A stretch of DNA of 62,892 nucleotides, the filler included, from Asterionella formosa (taxonomy: Eukaryota), in NCBI GenBank assembly GCA_002256025.1. It is 21 parts of 21 records of this genome, joined end to end, with 100 filler letters (N's around TTAATTAATTAA, not from the genome) between each part and the next. Parts side by side here need not be neighbours in the genome. Positions count along the whole stretch, not along the records: positions 43,460 to 45,136 come from NKIB01001532.1; positions 45,237 to 46,913 come from NKIB01001533.1; positions 47,014 to 48,690 come from NKIB01001534.1; positions 48,791 to 50,467 come from NKIB01001535.1; positions 50,568 to 52,243 come from NKIB01001537.1; positions 52,344 to 54,019 come from NKIB01001538.1; positions 54,120 to 55,794 come from NKIB01001539.1; positions 55,895 to 57,569 come from NKIB01001540.1; 13 more parts are not named here. One strand, written 5' to 3'. Each line of letters begins with the position of its first letter. Positions within the stretch are counted from its first letter, which is position 1. The notes beneath the pieces were generated by a model that was given only the letters and a program-made list of their open reading frames with translations, searched no databases and was not told the origin of the DNA. Below, in pieces: positions 43,802 through 56,035 of this stretch. The position numbers and the translations under genes were made by a program.

Positions 43802-45236
43802 AAAGCTAGTGCACTAATTAACTATCATGATGCACGTACAAAGCATGCACTGTGTATGAGTGGGCGGTGCCACCGTGCTGGTACCAGGTACCAGGGTTAC
43901 CAGGGGCGATGCTGTTACAATGCATGAAGTACCCTGGTACCGGTACCTGGTACTACGGTATGTACCAGGTACCAGCACCTGGTGTTGCCGGATTTTGCTA
44001 GCTTCGTTGTGTCTAATGCTGATTCAAATGGTCTGGTATTTATACCGGGTAAGAAGCAGGCAATGAAATAACAAGGTACAGTACATTGAAAATGAAATTT
44101 GAATTTCATTTAGTAAGTATTTATGTTGTTATTTAGTAGTATACGCATTTATCTAGCTTAACACGGCTGTAGTTGTGGATGCCCACCACCACTGCAACCT
44201 TTCAACATTTGGTTGACGAGAATGTAAGTAACAATCTTATCCAAACCATATGTCTCATAGATTTAATACAGGGCTAGATGTGCCATCTACCCACTCAAAC
44301 TAGCTAGAGTCGCCACTGCATCCCAGACAACCTTGCGCCTGCTGATAGTAGATGCATATTTCCTCATCCTCCCTGCCCTGCTGCTTGTAAAAAGTAGCCT
44401 TTCTGGTTTTTTGTTCGGTGATTCCAACTTCCCATTCTTACCAAAGAACAAATATAGTTCTGGTGCCTTGGAAGGTTTCTTTCATTATCAGGATCCACAT
44501 CCATGTTTGCTTGTTTGTCCGCAATACCTGCTTGATTGTTGGTTTGTTGGTTCCTAGAGCAAGCTGTGTGACATGGACCTATGGTACATTGCTTGGCTGG
44601 GTAGCGTACACATAAGGCTATTTAAATAGTTACAACAAACATAGCAAATGTTGAATATTCCAAAAGCTCTACTAAAGTAGAACTTTAGCTAGCTCAAGAA
44701 TGGATCTGACCTATAAGGATAGCTAGTGTGGCTATGTAAACCAACCCCAGATATATGATTCATCAGCTATAGACATGTTCTACTAACATTTAGCCTAGTA
44801 AAAGGCATAACCACACATTTCAGAACACTTATTACAATGTTTGATTTCGAAGGAGGATATCATACAGTGATTTCCTTAGTATGGTTAAACGGTCACCTCT
44901 ACAAAGAAAGTAGAACTTATACTCTAGTAACCAGGAATTCATGAGTAATAAATACTTAGTCAGTCTCGTAGTCAGCATTGAACTTGAACTAAATAAACTA
45001 AGAATGGTTTATAATCCCCGATGTCTTGCACATCATGGGTACTCTGAATAGGTGACTAGAAAGGTTCACAATGACATACAGGGCTCACATAATCATTTTT
45101 TCAAGCCCAGCTCAACCAGGCGATCGAAAATAGATTNNNNNNNNNNNNNNNNNNNNNNNNNNNNNNNNNNNNNNNNNNNNTTAATTAATTAANNNNNNNN
45201 NNNNNNNNNNNNNNNNNNNNNNNNNNNNNNNNNNNN

Positions 45237-46230
45237 ACGCAATTCCATCGTATCCTCTTGCTTCACTTACCACAAATCAATGCAACTGATGCATAAGTCT
45301 GTAATAGTAACTTGTCAGTAAGCCAAATTCTTAAATAAGTAAGTTTCGGGTATCCAATGTTGTCGAATAAAACTTACCGGTACATTTTTGTCATCTTAAC
45401 TTTGAGAGAAGGTAAACGTTTTGTCAGCTTTGTTCCAACAGAAGTGAATAGGTCCAACAAGCGACAAGAGCACTTACGCAATTTGGTTTTGTTTTACATT
45501 GGTGCTCCCCAACAAGCGAAACGAGCTGTTGAATCAACTGAGAAAAAAGGAAATGTGCGTTTAGTTAACAATTTGTTGTTGTGCTGCCTGCCTCCCAACG
45601 ATTGTCATCCAAGTACCACATTGATGGCTTCATTACCTTAAACATTCTCCATCCTTCGAATGCGCAATGTGTCGAAGTCACAATGTTTTTCGTTATGTAT
45701 TGCGAAAATTTTCTTTTCTTTTAATGTGCTTTACTACGATGTATCTTTTCATGAAGCAGCAGGCATTGTTTGTTAACATGACAGAACGATTTCAAAAATA
45801 TATATGCCATGAATACAGAAATAGAATTTGTAAATATATATATATATGAAGTGTTATACATTTATAAAATTCAAACGCGCTCTTGATATGGAACATCTGA
45901 TATGGTTGAGATGATCATACTCGCATATACAAAATTCGAAAATACTCAATGCACTATATGTCCATTGTTTTCCACGACTACGTGTACCGGAATTGTTTCT
46001 GAAATTTGTTTGCATCGATATTTTCTACGTCCGTTGAAACTAATTATTTAGACCGTTAAATAGCCGCCAGGGTTTTGGTAGCAAATTGTTTAAGCCCCTT
46101 TTTTGGTCGGGAGCTCTTCATATGTACCGGTACATCATATGACAATAACAATATATCATATATATATACCGGTACAGAGTAGCAGTACTAGCAGGTAGTA
46201 AGTGATATACTGGGGGTAGTCAGAGTAGTA
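45237..46230. repeat. Second copy of the ~1-kb dispersed repeat
   Basis: Colinear reverse-complement similarity to 41683-42680. Confidence 0.85.
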
Positions 46231-46240
46231 AACTAGCAAC

Positions 46241-46635
46241 AGAACACCATATGTTCAGGACTGTTGCTACTGCAGTGGGACAGTAAATCATCATAGTTTT
46301 AGGATCGTATGATCGTAAAACAAAAAACCAAAAGAACACCATATGTTCAGGACTGTTGCAATTACACTGGGTTAGTAAATCATCATAGTTTTAGGATCGT
46401 ATGATCGTAAAACTAAAAATAAATAGAACACCATATGTTCATGACTGTTGCAATTACAGTGGGACAGTAAATCATCATAGTTTTAGGATTGTATGATCGT
46501 GAAACTGAAAAGCGGTACCAGTAGTCGGAGTAATAAGCAAGCAATAGAACACCATAGTAAATCATCATAGTTTTTGGATTAAATAAATAGAACACCATAT
46601 GTCTATGACTGCTGCTACTACAGCGGGACAGTACC
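46241..46635 (+). repeat. Tandem array of a ~92-bp unit (3 full and 2 partial copies)
   Basis: AGAACACCATATGTTCAGGACTGTTGC...CAGTAAATCATCATAGTTTTAGGATCGTATGATCGTAAAAC repeats from 46241, 46333, 46425 and about 46546 and 46589. The same unit is at 49295-49490. Confidence 0.9.
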
Positions 46636-46650
46636 GGTAAATGAATTTAA

Positions 46651-46913
46651 GATCATCGAACTTTAAGGAAGACAACGACAACAGCTGGTCGTGTTGCTGG
46701 TCCACTTTTAATGGCCGAAGAAGGAAGCGACGAAAAGATCACCATTACGAGCGGAACGAGAGAAATCGCTTACGACGCCAAGTCTGGACGATTCTTTGAG
46801 ACTAACTTGCAGGAAGAAGAATGCATTCCTGACGAGGAATACTGTGTCGTCGATCCGGAAAGTGGGGAACTCATTCGTCTCACAGTAGCCGAAAAGGAGC
46901 GTATCTTTCTGGA
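46651..46913 (+). CDS. PGRL1: PGRL1-like gene fragment (no signal peptide upstream; 3'-partial)
   Basis: ECIPDEEYCVVDPESGELIRLTVAEKERIFL fits the N-terminal Cys pair and E.E..FL.ALQS.Y motif of PGRL1. An in-frame TAA at 46648 precedes a transit-peptide-like stretch. Confidence 0.7.
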
Positions 46914-49017
46914 NNNNNNNNNNNNNNNNNNNNNNNNNNNNNNNNNNNNNNNNNNNNTTAATTAATTAANNNNNNNNNNNNNNNNNNNNNNNNNNNNNNN
47001 NNNNNNNNNNNNNTATTACCTGTAAATAGTCTATTCAGGAAGCCTTCTATAAATATTGGTGTGTGGGCAACCATCTACCGGTACCAGGTAGTATGGCACC
47101 AGTTACCTGGTGGTGGTTCCTGGTCCTCCGAGTACCAGGTAGTACTATATATAAATCTTACGTACATGGACAAATAAGATTGATTTATGATGGTGCAGTG
47201 GTTGAATTTCCCAAGAGGTTACAACAATATACGACTAATCTGAGTTGAAAATTCAACCAAAAGAAGAGGAAAAATTCAACCGCCAATGCAACCGGGTTGA
47301 AATTCTTGGAGGTCAGTACCTAATTTTACCACGGTAAAATGTTGTCAATACTGTCAAGGTACCATCATGTCCCGAGTAGGACAATACCAGGGGTCTACAG
47401 AAAAATACAACTTGGGTTGAATTTTACCAATAACAGGATGGTACCATAATCTCAGTCAGCATGATGAGCCCTGATGAATGATTTTACCTTCGACTCCGTA
47501 TCTTAGATGTATCACTCTAATTTGTAATTGTAGCACCAACTAATTTGAATCACATAATGTCATCATCACGGTGTAACACGGATCTCCAACTGCGACAGGC
47601 CAGCATTGAACATCTATGAACATATCTGAGTAAGAATATAGAAATAGCACGTAGCCTAAGTTGAAACACATAGAGATTCCTGATTCCTGATCAGGTTATG
47701 AGTGTCAATATATTTTCGCCTCTAGTGACCTGATTAGGAACATGTACCACAATCCACTAGATGATTGATTCAAGATTACATGGTTAAATATCGCGTGTAA
47801 AATGCCACAGTTGAGAGAGGAACTTTCAGGAGAAGTTCTCTCTAACCTGTTAAATGGACTCTAGAAGACGATCAGACCTAGAAGCCAAATCAATAAATGA
47901 TTGACTAGACAATTACAGATATGTCCGTAACATCAAGGAACATTAAAGAAGCAAACTAGATATGATCTAGTTATGATTAACAGGATCATTCTGTAAGCAG
48001 TCTTCGATCCAACAGCATCTGGCCTAAGTTGAGACAGGCCAAGATTAAGACAAATGTGTATTTAGGAAGAGGATGTAGTTTATTCTCAGTTCAAGTTGGG
48101 AACACAAATGAACCTCGCCTCCGAAGATCACCTCTATTTTGAAACATGCATGAGCTTGGAAGTTTCAAAATCATACATTCAAATTTACATTTACATTAAG
48201 CTCACTCTTTTATAAAAACAATTATTAGCAAACAAAGTAAAACAAACAAATTGTGTAGAAACATTTTTTCTAGCAAATTTTACTGCGTGAGAGCTACAGA
48301 TACGTAGCATCTACCAACTGCCTAATAGGAATACAATAACAAATATATCATGTGACGGAGATTGCGTATACATGGTACTGGTACTGGTAGATTTGTCAAC
48401 ATCTTGTCAATACATTGACCATGTTGATAACCGGCCATTTCTCCATCCATATCGCAAACAAGTCGCTGTGCTTCAGTTGTTTAATATATAATTGTATGAA
48501 TGATGCAATAGAAAAAATATAGAGAGAAACCTTAAAAAATTGGGTAAGAAATGCAAGAGAATATTTGTCAATTTATAGGAATACAAATAGAACTATTGAT
48601 TTGTTCCAGTAACGACTAAAGCTATGACTACTAATACGACCTCAACGATACAATAATATGACATAAGGGCTTGCAAAAGTGGTGTGAGGTNNNNNNNNNN
48701 NNNNNNNNNNNNNNNNNNNNNNNNNNNNNNNNNNTTAATTAATTAANNNNNNNNNNNNNNNNNNNNNNNNNNNNNNNNNNNNNNNNNNNNAACTCACACT
48801 GATCTTCCTCTACATTCAATTGACATTGCAGCAAACCCTTTCAGTGCAGGAGCATTCGCATGCCGTTCCGAATGAGCAGGCTTTATTTCATTAATGAAAC
48901 TCTTCAATTTAGTTGAATGAGCTCCAGAAAATTACGTAAACAAATTTAACATATTAAGTGAACTTTATTCTACAATTATGTGAACGAAATTACAGAATTA
49001 CGTGAAGGATTTCAAAT

Positions 49018-49095
49018 AATTATGTGAAGTATTTCAAATAATTATGTGAAGTATTTCAAATAATTATGTGAAGTATTTCAAATAATTATGTGAAG
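49018..49095 (+). repeat. 22-bp minisatellite (AATTATGTGAAGTATTTCAAAT, about 3.5 copies)
   Basis: Direct tandem copies; a related ATTATGTGA motif also occurs in the 17595-17890 repeat. Confidence 0.85.
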
Positions 49096-49294
49096 GTGAT
49101 CACATAATATAGTGATGATCAGGAATGCATGCATGATACTTTGATCAAATATTTAACGTGATGTATTCAGATAATATATAGACATGTTCAACTACGTATT
49201 TTGATGTATTCAACTAATTCATGTGATGCATTCAAAATCAACTAGGCTTATTTACGTGATGGTCACTTCACGTAATACGCGGCTTAGATGTGCT

Positions 49295-49490
49295 ATTGCA
49301 GCGGGACAGTAAATCATCATAATTTTAGGATCGTATGATCGTAAAACTAAAAACCAATAGAACACCATATATTCAGGACTGTTGCTACTACCGTGGGACA
49401 GTAAATCATCATAGCTCTAGGATTGTATGATCGTAAAACTAAAAACCAATAGTCAGAGTAATAAGGGAGCAACAGAACACCATATGTTCT
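49295..49490 (+). repeat. Two further copies of the ~92-bp unit
   Basis: GGGACAGTAAATCATCAT...GGAT.GTATGATCGTAAAACTAAAAACCAATAG occurs twice, with AGAACACCATAT. Confidence 0.85.
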
Positions 49491-50143
49491 GGCATACCTA
49501 CCCGGTAGTTATCATAATATTGATAATTAGCCAGGCTGACGAGTTACTACCGGTACCAGGTAGTACGTCTATATCTTTTATCAGCACCTTTAAGTAGCAC
49601 CTACGGTTATGGTGGTACTATGTTTTTCCCTATTATTTTCTGTCGCAGCTCTGTTGAGAGGCTGTGAAAGTCAAAGCGCTGCCCCCCCCCCCCCCTCTAT
49701 TACCGGTATACCGGAAAAATTTGGTACATCACCCATTATCGTGCGTTGCAACGGCCCGCGACAGGGTGGCTGTGGTTATGGAGCAGGGGGTAGAACGCCA
49801 CAACATGACAAAGTCCCAAGGATCATGAATGGGAAGAAAACTTTGCTGCATTCTGGTGGTACCATTGGACTTGGGAAACAGCGAGGAAGGTTGTATCCCG
49901 CCGTATCAAACGGTTTCGAATAAGAGGAGTTGAAACGAAGAGATGTGACAAGAACTGACATAAACATGACACTTCTGTCCGACTCGGTCGATGGAGCAAA
50001 AGAAACGACACCAGCGTCCGGTTATTTGCAAATGGCTGTACTTGATTAAAAACAAATAACCATTTTGTTAGTAACTATTTATGAGTAAATAAAAATTCTT
50101 ACTTCCATCTTTCCCCATAGGAATCAAGCAAAAACGAAACTAG

Positions 50144-50252
50144 TCCTGACGAGGAATACTGTGTCGTCGATCCGGAAAGTGGGGAACTCATTCGTCTCAC
50201 AGTAGCCGAAAAGGAGCGTATCTTTCTGGACGTGCTTCAGTCCTACCGCTAA
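50144..50252 (+). pseudogene. Isolated ~100-bp PGRL1 fragment
   Basis: TCCTGACGAGG...TTTCTGGA is identical to 46827-46913 and continues DVLQSYR*. The flanks are unrelated to PGRL1. Confidence 0.75.
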
Positions 50253-50568
50253 TCAGGTTTGAGGCAACGGACAGTGGTTCCAACGAGCGAATGACGATAC
50301 CATGAGTACCAATTTTTCCAGCGGCAAACCGCAATGATAAAAAGAACTTGTCTCTCTATTGATGAGGATGACACGGACACCGACTTTTCCAGGAGCAAAC
50401 AACAATGAAGAGACCCACTTCGTCTGCGTCGCTCTATTGATGGTAACAAAGATGCGGACAAGTTCAANNNNNNNNNNNNNNNNNNNNNNNNNNNNNNNNN
50501 NNNNNNNNNNNTTAATTAATTAANNNNNNNNNNNNNNNNNNNNNNNNNNNNNNNNNNNNNNNNNNNNC

Positions 50569-52243
50569 CATGCCCACCTGGGCGGCGACCGCAGCCGGGT
50601 GCGTGTGGCGCTGGACGTGGTGGGCGCCGGCCGGGCGCTGGCCGAATCGGCCTGGACGCCAGGCGTGGACTTGTCGCGCAACGCCGCGCTGAAGCTGGCC
50701 GCCGGTGTGCGCCTGCCGGCGGTGCTGGGCGCCCTGAGCAGCCCGACGCTGCAGCCCGACCCCTACGGCCACGGCACGCATGTGGCCTCGGTGGCGGCGG
50801 GCGACGGCAGTTACCAGAACCCCGACGCCTCGGGCATTGCGCCCGGCGCCCATGTGGTGGACGTGCGCGTGCTGGACGAGCGCGGCGTGGGTACGCTGGC
50901 CGATGTGGTGGCCGGCATCGACTGGGTGGTCAGCAACGCGCCACTGCTGGGCGTGCGGGTGCTCAACCTGAGCCTGGCGGCCAACTCCACCGACTCGTTC
51001 CTGATCGACCCGCTGGCGCGCGCCGCCCGGGCCGCCACGGCCACCGGCCTGGTGGTGGTGGCCGCGGCCGGCAACGCCGGCAAGAGCCTGGACGGCAAGG
51101 AGGTGCTGGGCGCCGTGGGCTCGCCGGGGCACGACCCGTCGGTGCTGACGGTGGGCGCGGTCAACCTCAAGACCACGGCTGTGCGCGGTGACGACGTGGT
51201 CACCGGCTTCAGCTCGCGCGGGCCCACGCGCGGCCATGCCACGCTGGCCAACGGCCGCCCGTGGATCGACAACCTGCTCAAGCCCGACCTGGTGGCGCCG
51301 GGCAACCGCATCGTCGGCGCGCTGGCCACCGACCTGGCCGGCAACCCCGGCAGCTGGAACACGCTGGCCACCAGCTACCCCGAGCTGACGCTGGTGCCTG
51401 GCGCGGCCCAGGCGCCGCGCCAGACGCTGATGAGCCTGTCGGGCACCTCGGTGTCGGCACCGGTGGTGGCCGGCACGGTGGCGCTGATGCTGCAGGCCAA
51501 CCCGGGGCTGACGCCGCCGCTGGTCAAGGCCATCCTGCAGTACACGGCCCAGCCGATGGCCGGCGCCAGCCTGCTGCAGCAGGGCGTGGGTGAGCTGAAC
51601 GTGGCCGGAGCGCTGAGCCTGTCGGACGCCTTGCGCAAGGACATCGCCAGCGAGCTGGCCGCCGGCCGCCTGAAGGCCGGCGACCGTCTGGTGGCGCCGG
51701 GCCGCACGCTGCCGGTGCCGCGCTCCACCGTGGCCGGCCAGACCTTCAACTGGGGCCGCCTGGTCACCGCCGGCGGCAACCACCTGCTGTCGGGCGACGC
51801 GCTGTTCAGCCAGTTCCAGCCGATCTACGACCCCACGCTGGTGTGGGCCCGCAACGTGGTGCTGCGCAGCACGGTGGACTGGCTGGGCCTGCCCGGCGCC
51901 CGTGTGGCGCGTGGCGTCAGCGAGGCGGCGGCGGCCAACACCCGGCTGGTGACTGGCGGCGTGCTGCGCATCGACGGCACGGCGGCGGCCCAGGCCGCGG
52001 GGCTGGGGGCGCCATCGGCGTTCTGGGCCGGCCAGGCGGCCAATGCGGCGGGCTTCGTCCTCAGCGAGGGCTTCGTGCTCAGCGAAGGCCTGGTCCTCAG
52101 CGAAGGCTTCGTTCTGAGCGAGGGCTTCATCCTCAGTGAAGGCTTTGTGCTCAGCGAGGGCTTTGTCCTGAGCGAGGGCTTCATCTTGAGTGAAGGCTTC
52201 ATCCTCAGCGAGTCGGGCAACGCCTCCACCGTCAAGGGCGAGC
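50569..52243 (+). CDS. Bacterial S8 subtilase (AprX-like) with C-terminal hexapeptide repeats, partial; non-host contig
   Basis: HGTHVA, NLSL, AAAGN, FSSRGP, KPDLVAPG and SGTSVSAP motifs. GC is far above all other contigs, third codon positions are almost all G/C, and there are no introns. Confidence 0.93.
52051..52212 (+). repeat. Nine coding repeats of G(F/L)(V/I)LSE
   Basis: 18-nt units with synonymous variation and a conserved peptide. Confidence 0.95.
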
Positions 52244-52343
52244 NNNNNNNNNNNNNNNNNNNNNNNNNNNNNNNNNNNNNNNNNNNNTTAATTAATTAAN
52301 NNNNNNNNNNNNNNNNNNNNNNNNNNNNNNNNNNNNNNNNNNN

Positions 52344-53169
52344 ATGACTACACGACTATATTTGGAAAGGAACCAAAGAAAGCCTCAACGCCGGGATTCC
52401 CGGGAACGGTCATAAGTAAGAACCGAGGAGAGACGATCAAGAATAAGGAATATCGCTCCCTCGTTGGAAAGATACTTTACTTCGTGAAGAAAATATCGCC
52501 AGTATGCGCCAACGCATGTCGTGAATTGTCACAGCACCTCGACAACCCAGGCGAAACGCACTGGCAAGCATTGGAACGCCTACTCGGGTATTTGTGTCTT
52601 CATGGGGACATTGCATGCAGAATGAAACTTCGTGCTCCCAACGAGCTATGCATTCAAGATGTCGTGGACTGCGCCTTCGCCTTCGCCTCTAATCCTGATA
52701 CACGAAAGAGTGTCAGCTATTATTTAGGCACGATTTGAGGGTGCGCCCTAATTCACTGTATATCAAAAGGACAGGATATCGTAAGGCAATCAAGCACTGA
52801 GCACTCAGTAACGGCTCAAAGGAAACTGTCTTCTCAACGAATCTACTGCGCGATATAACCACTATCGTGAAGGTAGTACCCGGTAGTCTAATGGGTCAGG
52901 ACAATACCGGCGCGATTTATTTAACGAAAAATCATCAGGTCGGGGCACGTACAAAACACATCGACGTAAGATTCCACTATGTACGAGAACAAGTCGAAAA
53001 CGGAACGATTATGGTTGACTACGTCAATACTGAAAAGAATCCTGCAGATGTCCTAACTAAAAATGTCACGGAAAAGATTATGAACATGCACGGATACGCA
53101 ATCCAAAACGGGATGATGGATTGTTGGAACAAGGAGAGTGTGAAAGTGAGCTCATCTACGTACCGGTAG
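52344..53169 (+). mobile_element. Ty1/copia RT end and RNase H, degenerate
   Basis: YRSLVGKILY, HWQALERLLGYL, D..FASNPDTRKSV, DNTGAIYL, RTKHIDVRFHYVRE and NPADVLTK, with a stop and frameshifts. Confidence 0.92.
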
Positions 53170-53564
53170 TTAGGACTCGGAGTCAAACGAGTCAAACGAT
53201 TCGAATGAGTCAACTTTAATGTACCAAGCTCTCATCAACCACACATTATACCTTGTTACTCCGCCTATAATGAGCCGGATGATATAAGCTATTTCGGAAG
53301 ACCGATAGTTTGAAATTGAATGATCATGGTTAAAAACCTATGATCAGTAAGTGTGAGATAGACATGGGTCTATCTATGATTGTATGTTTCTAGAAATGCA
53401 AACAGCATTTGGAGAATAGTTTGTTTGTTTGTTCAAACAGAACAACCTAAACTAGATTAGTAAACTCACAATAAGAAAATAGAAACGGAAAGAGAAACGA
53501 ACGTCTCTATCTATAGTCTTCTTTGTCTAAGGATATAGATCTATCAAAAAGGTAATACTTTAAC
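53139..53564 (+). repeat. Putative 3' LTR of the copia element
   Basis: Follows the polypurine tract GGAACAAGGAGAG and is bounded by TGTGAAAG...CTTTAACA (7/8 inverted match, TG...CA). Confidence 0.6.
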
Positions 53565-54344
53565 ACTGGTATTGGAGGAGTCCTGTGGCAAAAGAATACT
53601 TCTCATGATGCTCGAAACGATTTTGGCTGGTTCTCTTGAGATTGAGTTTGCCTTCCAGTCGAAAATAGTATTTATGCCAACAAGGACTATTGTCGGCATT
53701 TTTAAAAATCAAAAAGAGTTCATAAAGCCCCAAATTTGATAGATAGTGGCTCTCAACGTTTGTTTGTATTTGTGCCGTGCGGTACATCTATTAATTATTT
53801 CTTCTTGTAAACAGCATTCAACTTTCTCTTAAATAATAGACAATTATTTCTTCTTGTAAACAGTATTCAACCTTTCTCTTAAATAATAGACTAATCGAAT
53901 CTATGACATTCGTTCCAGATGAAGCCTCGATTTCGAAATGAGTTGTGGTCCAGCCTGTTTGGTTGCTCCTGCTGCTGCAGTTATGAAGGGGTCGTTCAGA
54001 GTCACTCCACTCATGTCATNNNNNNNNNNNNNNNNNNNNNNNNNNNNNNNNNNNNNNNNNNNNTTAATTAATTAANNNNNNNNNNNNNNNNNNNNNNNNN
54101 NNNNNNNNNNNNNNNNNNNGACACTTACTCCATCAACACTACTTGCCGTGGGCTATAAGAATGAGCCGCCAATCCAAATATCTGCTCAATGTTTACTATG
54201 AGAAAGAGTGGGAAACTAGCTTGGACGAGCTGAGAAAAAGAATCAACATCGAAGGGGCTCCCAGTATTGTGGAATAATTCGTTTTTCAATATTTTATTGC
54301 TTGGCACGTTTACAACACATGGTACAGACAACATACTACTGACG

Positions 54345-55794
54345 TTACGCGTAAATGCTTTCAATCACATTCGCGTATTTATCCGCCACTACCGAACGCT
54401 TCAACTTCAACGTAGGCGTAAGCTCTCCTCCCGGAATGGTAAAATCGGAAGGTAACAAGGCCCACTTGGACACAGTCTGGGCACGGGATGTGGCCTGTTT
54501 ATTGGCTTTGTCCATGCCATCATCAAAATATGCTTTCCAATTCTCACATGTAGCCACCTCTTCCGTCGTTGTGGCAACCGATCCAATTTTTTTCGACGTC
54601 TCGAGAGCAACGCCACTCAACGAATTCAACGAATTGCCCTCCTCGTCCACATCAGTGTGAAGGCACAGAAGAATACTCAAAAACTTGCGCTTATCACCCA
54701 CCGCCATGCAATTAGAAAGGCATGGCATGGCAAGTTTAAATTGATCTTCAATTAGGACGGGCGGAACATTCTCTCCGCCAGCAGTGATGATCAACTCCTT
54801 AATACGACCAGTAATGGAAAGAAAACCAGACGGCTTCGCTAGGGTTTCATCGTTATCGTCATCAATGTTCACAATATCTCCGCTGTGCAGCCACCCATCC
54901 TCGTCGATTGTTGCGGCTGTCATTTCTGGCATCTTCATGTAACCAGCGAAAATGTGTCGACCGCGGTCTGAATGAATTCAAGAACGAAAACAGGGAAAGG
55001 TTAGAATAATCAACAAACTAAAAATCAAAACATGCAACAAACCAAAGTCAAGCAAAACACCATCATGTAAGAGAGATTCACAAGATTCAACGTACAGCAC
55101 AGTTCTCCGGTCTTCTCATCCACTTTCGTCTCTGTTCCAGGCAACGGACGACCTACTGTTCCAATCTTGAAGGCTTTCAACTTGTTGACTGCGTGTGGCC
55201 CACTGCATTCTGATTGTCCAAACAGTTCCATAATTGGCAAATCCAAGGATGCAAAGTACTTGAGAATCTTAACTTCAATGGGAGCAGCCGACACGTAAAG
55301 TGCTTCTGCACGGTCTAACCCAAGAGCCACATGTGCCTTTTTCAGAATAGCCTTGGCCAGAAAATACATAGTTGGACTACGGATTTTGGAACCATATTCC
55401 ATGGATTCCCAATGCTGCATTGCATTCTTCTTGGCGAACGTGGATAACCTTTTCTTCAATCCAGTAGATGACTTGGCAACTTCTTGAAGTTTGTCGTAAA
55501 TTTTTTCCCAAACGCGTGGGACACCAAAGAATACGGTTGGTCGAACCTCCTTCAATGTTGCCCCAAGGGATCCCTTCAATGCATCGGGTTCAGCAAAGTA
55601 TGTTTGTTGTCCAGTCACAAGAGGCACGTGCATATCCAACATTTGGGCAGCAATATGCGACAGTGGCAAGTAGGAAATCATGACATCACTTTCATCAAGC
55701 TTTCCCCGTGGAGTGACCGACAACATGGATCTGACGGTCCAATTGATGTTATCATGAGTAATCATGACGGCCTTTGGAGGACCGGTGGTTCCAG
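54345..55794 (-). CDS. Long-chain acyl-CoA synthetase, ACSBG/bubblegum-like, 5'-partial; complement join(54345..54967,55096..55794)
   Basis: GTTGPPKAVMITHDN, SYLPLSHIAAQ, FGQSECSGP, LC|YRGRHIF restored by the intron at 54968-55095, GWLHSGD, ITGRIKELIITAGGENVPP and GELTPTLKLKR. Confidence 0.93.
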
Positions 55795-56035
55795 NNNNNN
55801 NNNNNNNNNNNNNNNNNNNNNNNNNNNNNNNNNNNNNNTTAATTAATTAANNNNNNNNNNNNNNNNNNNNNNNNNNNNNNNNNNNNNNNNNNNNGCAACA
55901 CTATTCGAATTTGGTTATGATCAACCCAAACACAACCTCCAAATATTTTCAAAAGGTCACATCAGGTGCAATAAGTTCCAACAGTGGTACGCATTTTAGT
56001 GAATTTGTTACATCCATTGTCAAGCTCCCATCATA

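Noticed and set aside
44160..45136. Possible decayed retroelement coding sequence (also 47440-48240)
   Set aside because: It looks like degenerate coding DNA, but no diagnostic motif could be recovered.
46241..46635. 92-bp array as a CRISPR locus
   Set aside because: Whole units repeat with no unique spacers, and the context is eukaryotic.
50512..52235. Long alternative-frame ORFs on the GC-rich contig
   Set aside because: Expected from stop-codon scarcity at high GC; only the subtilase frame has motifs and codon bias.
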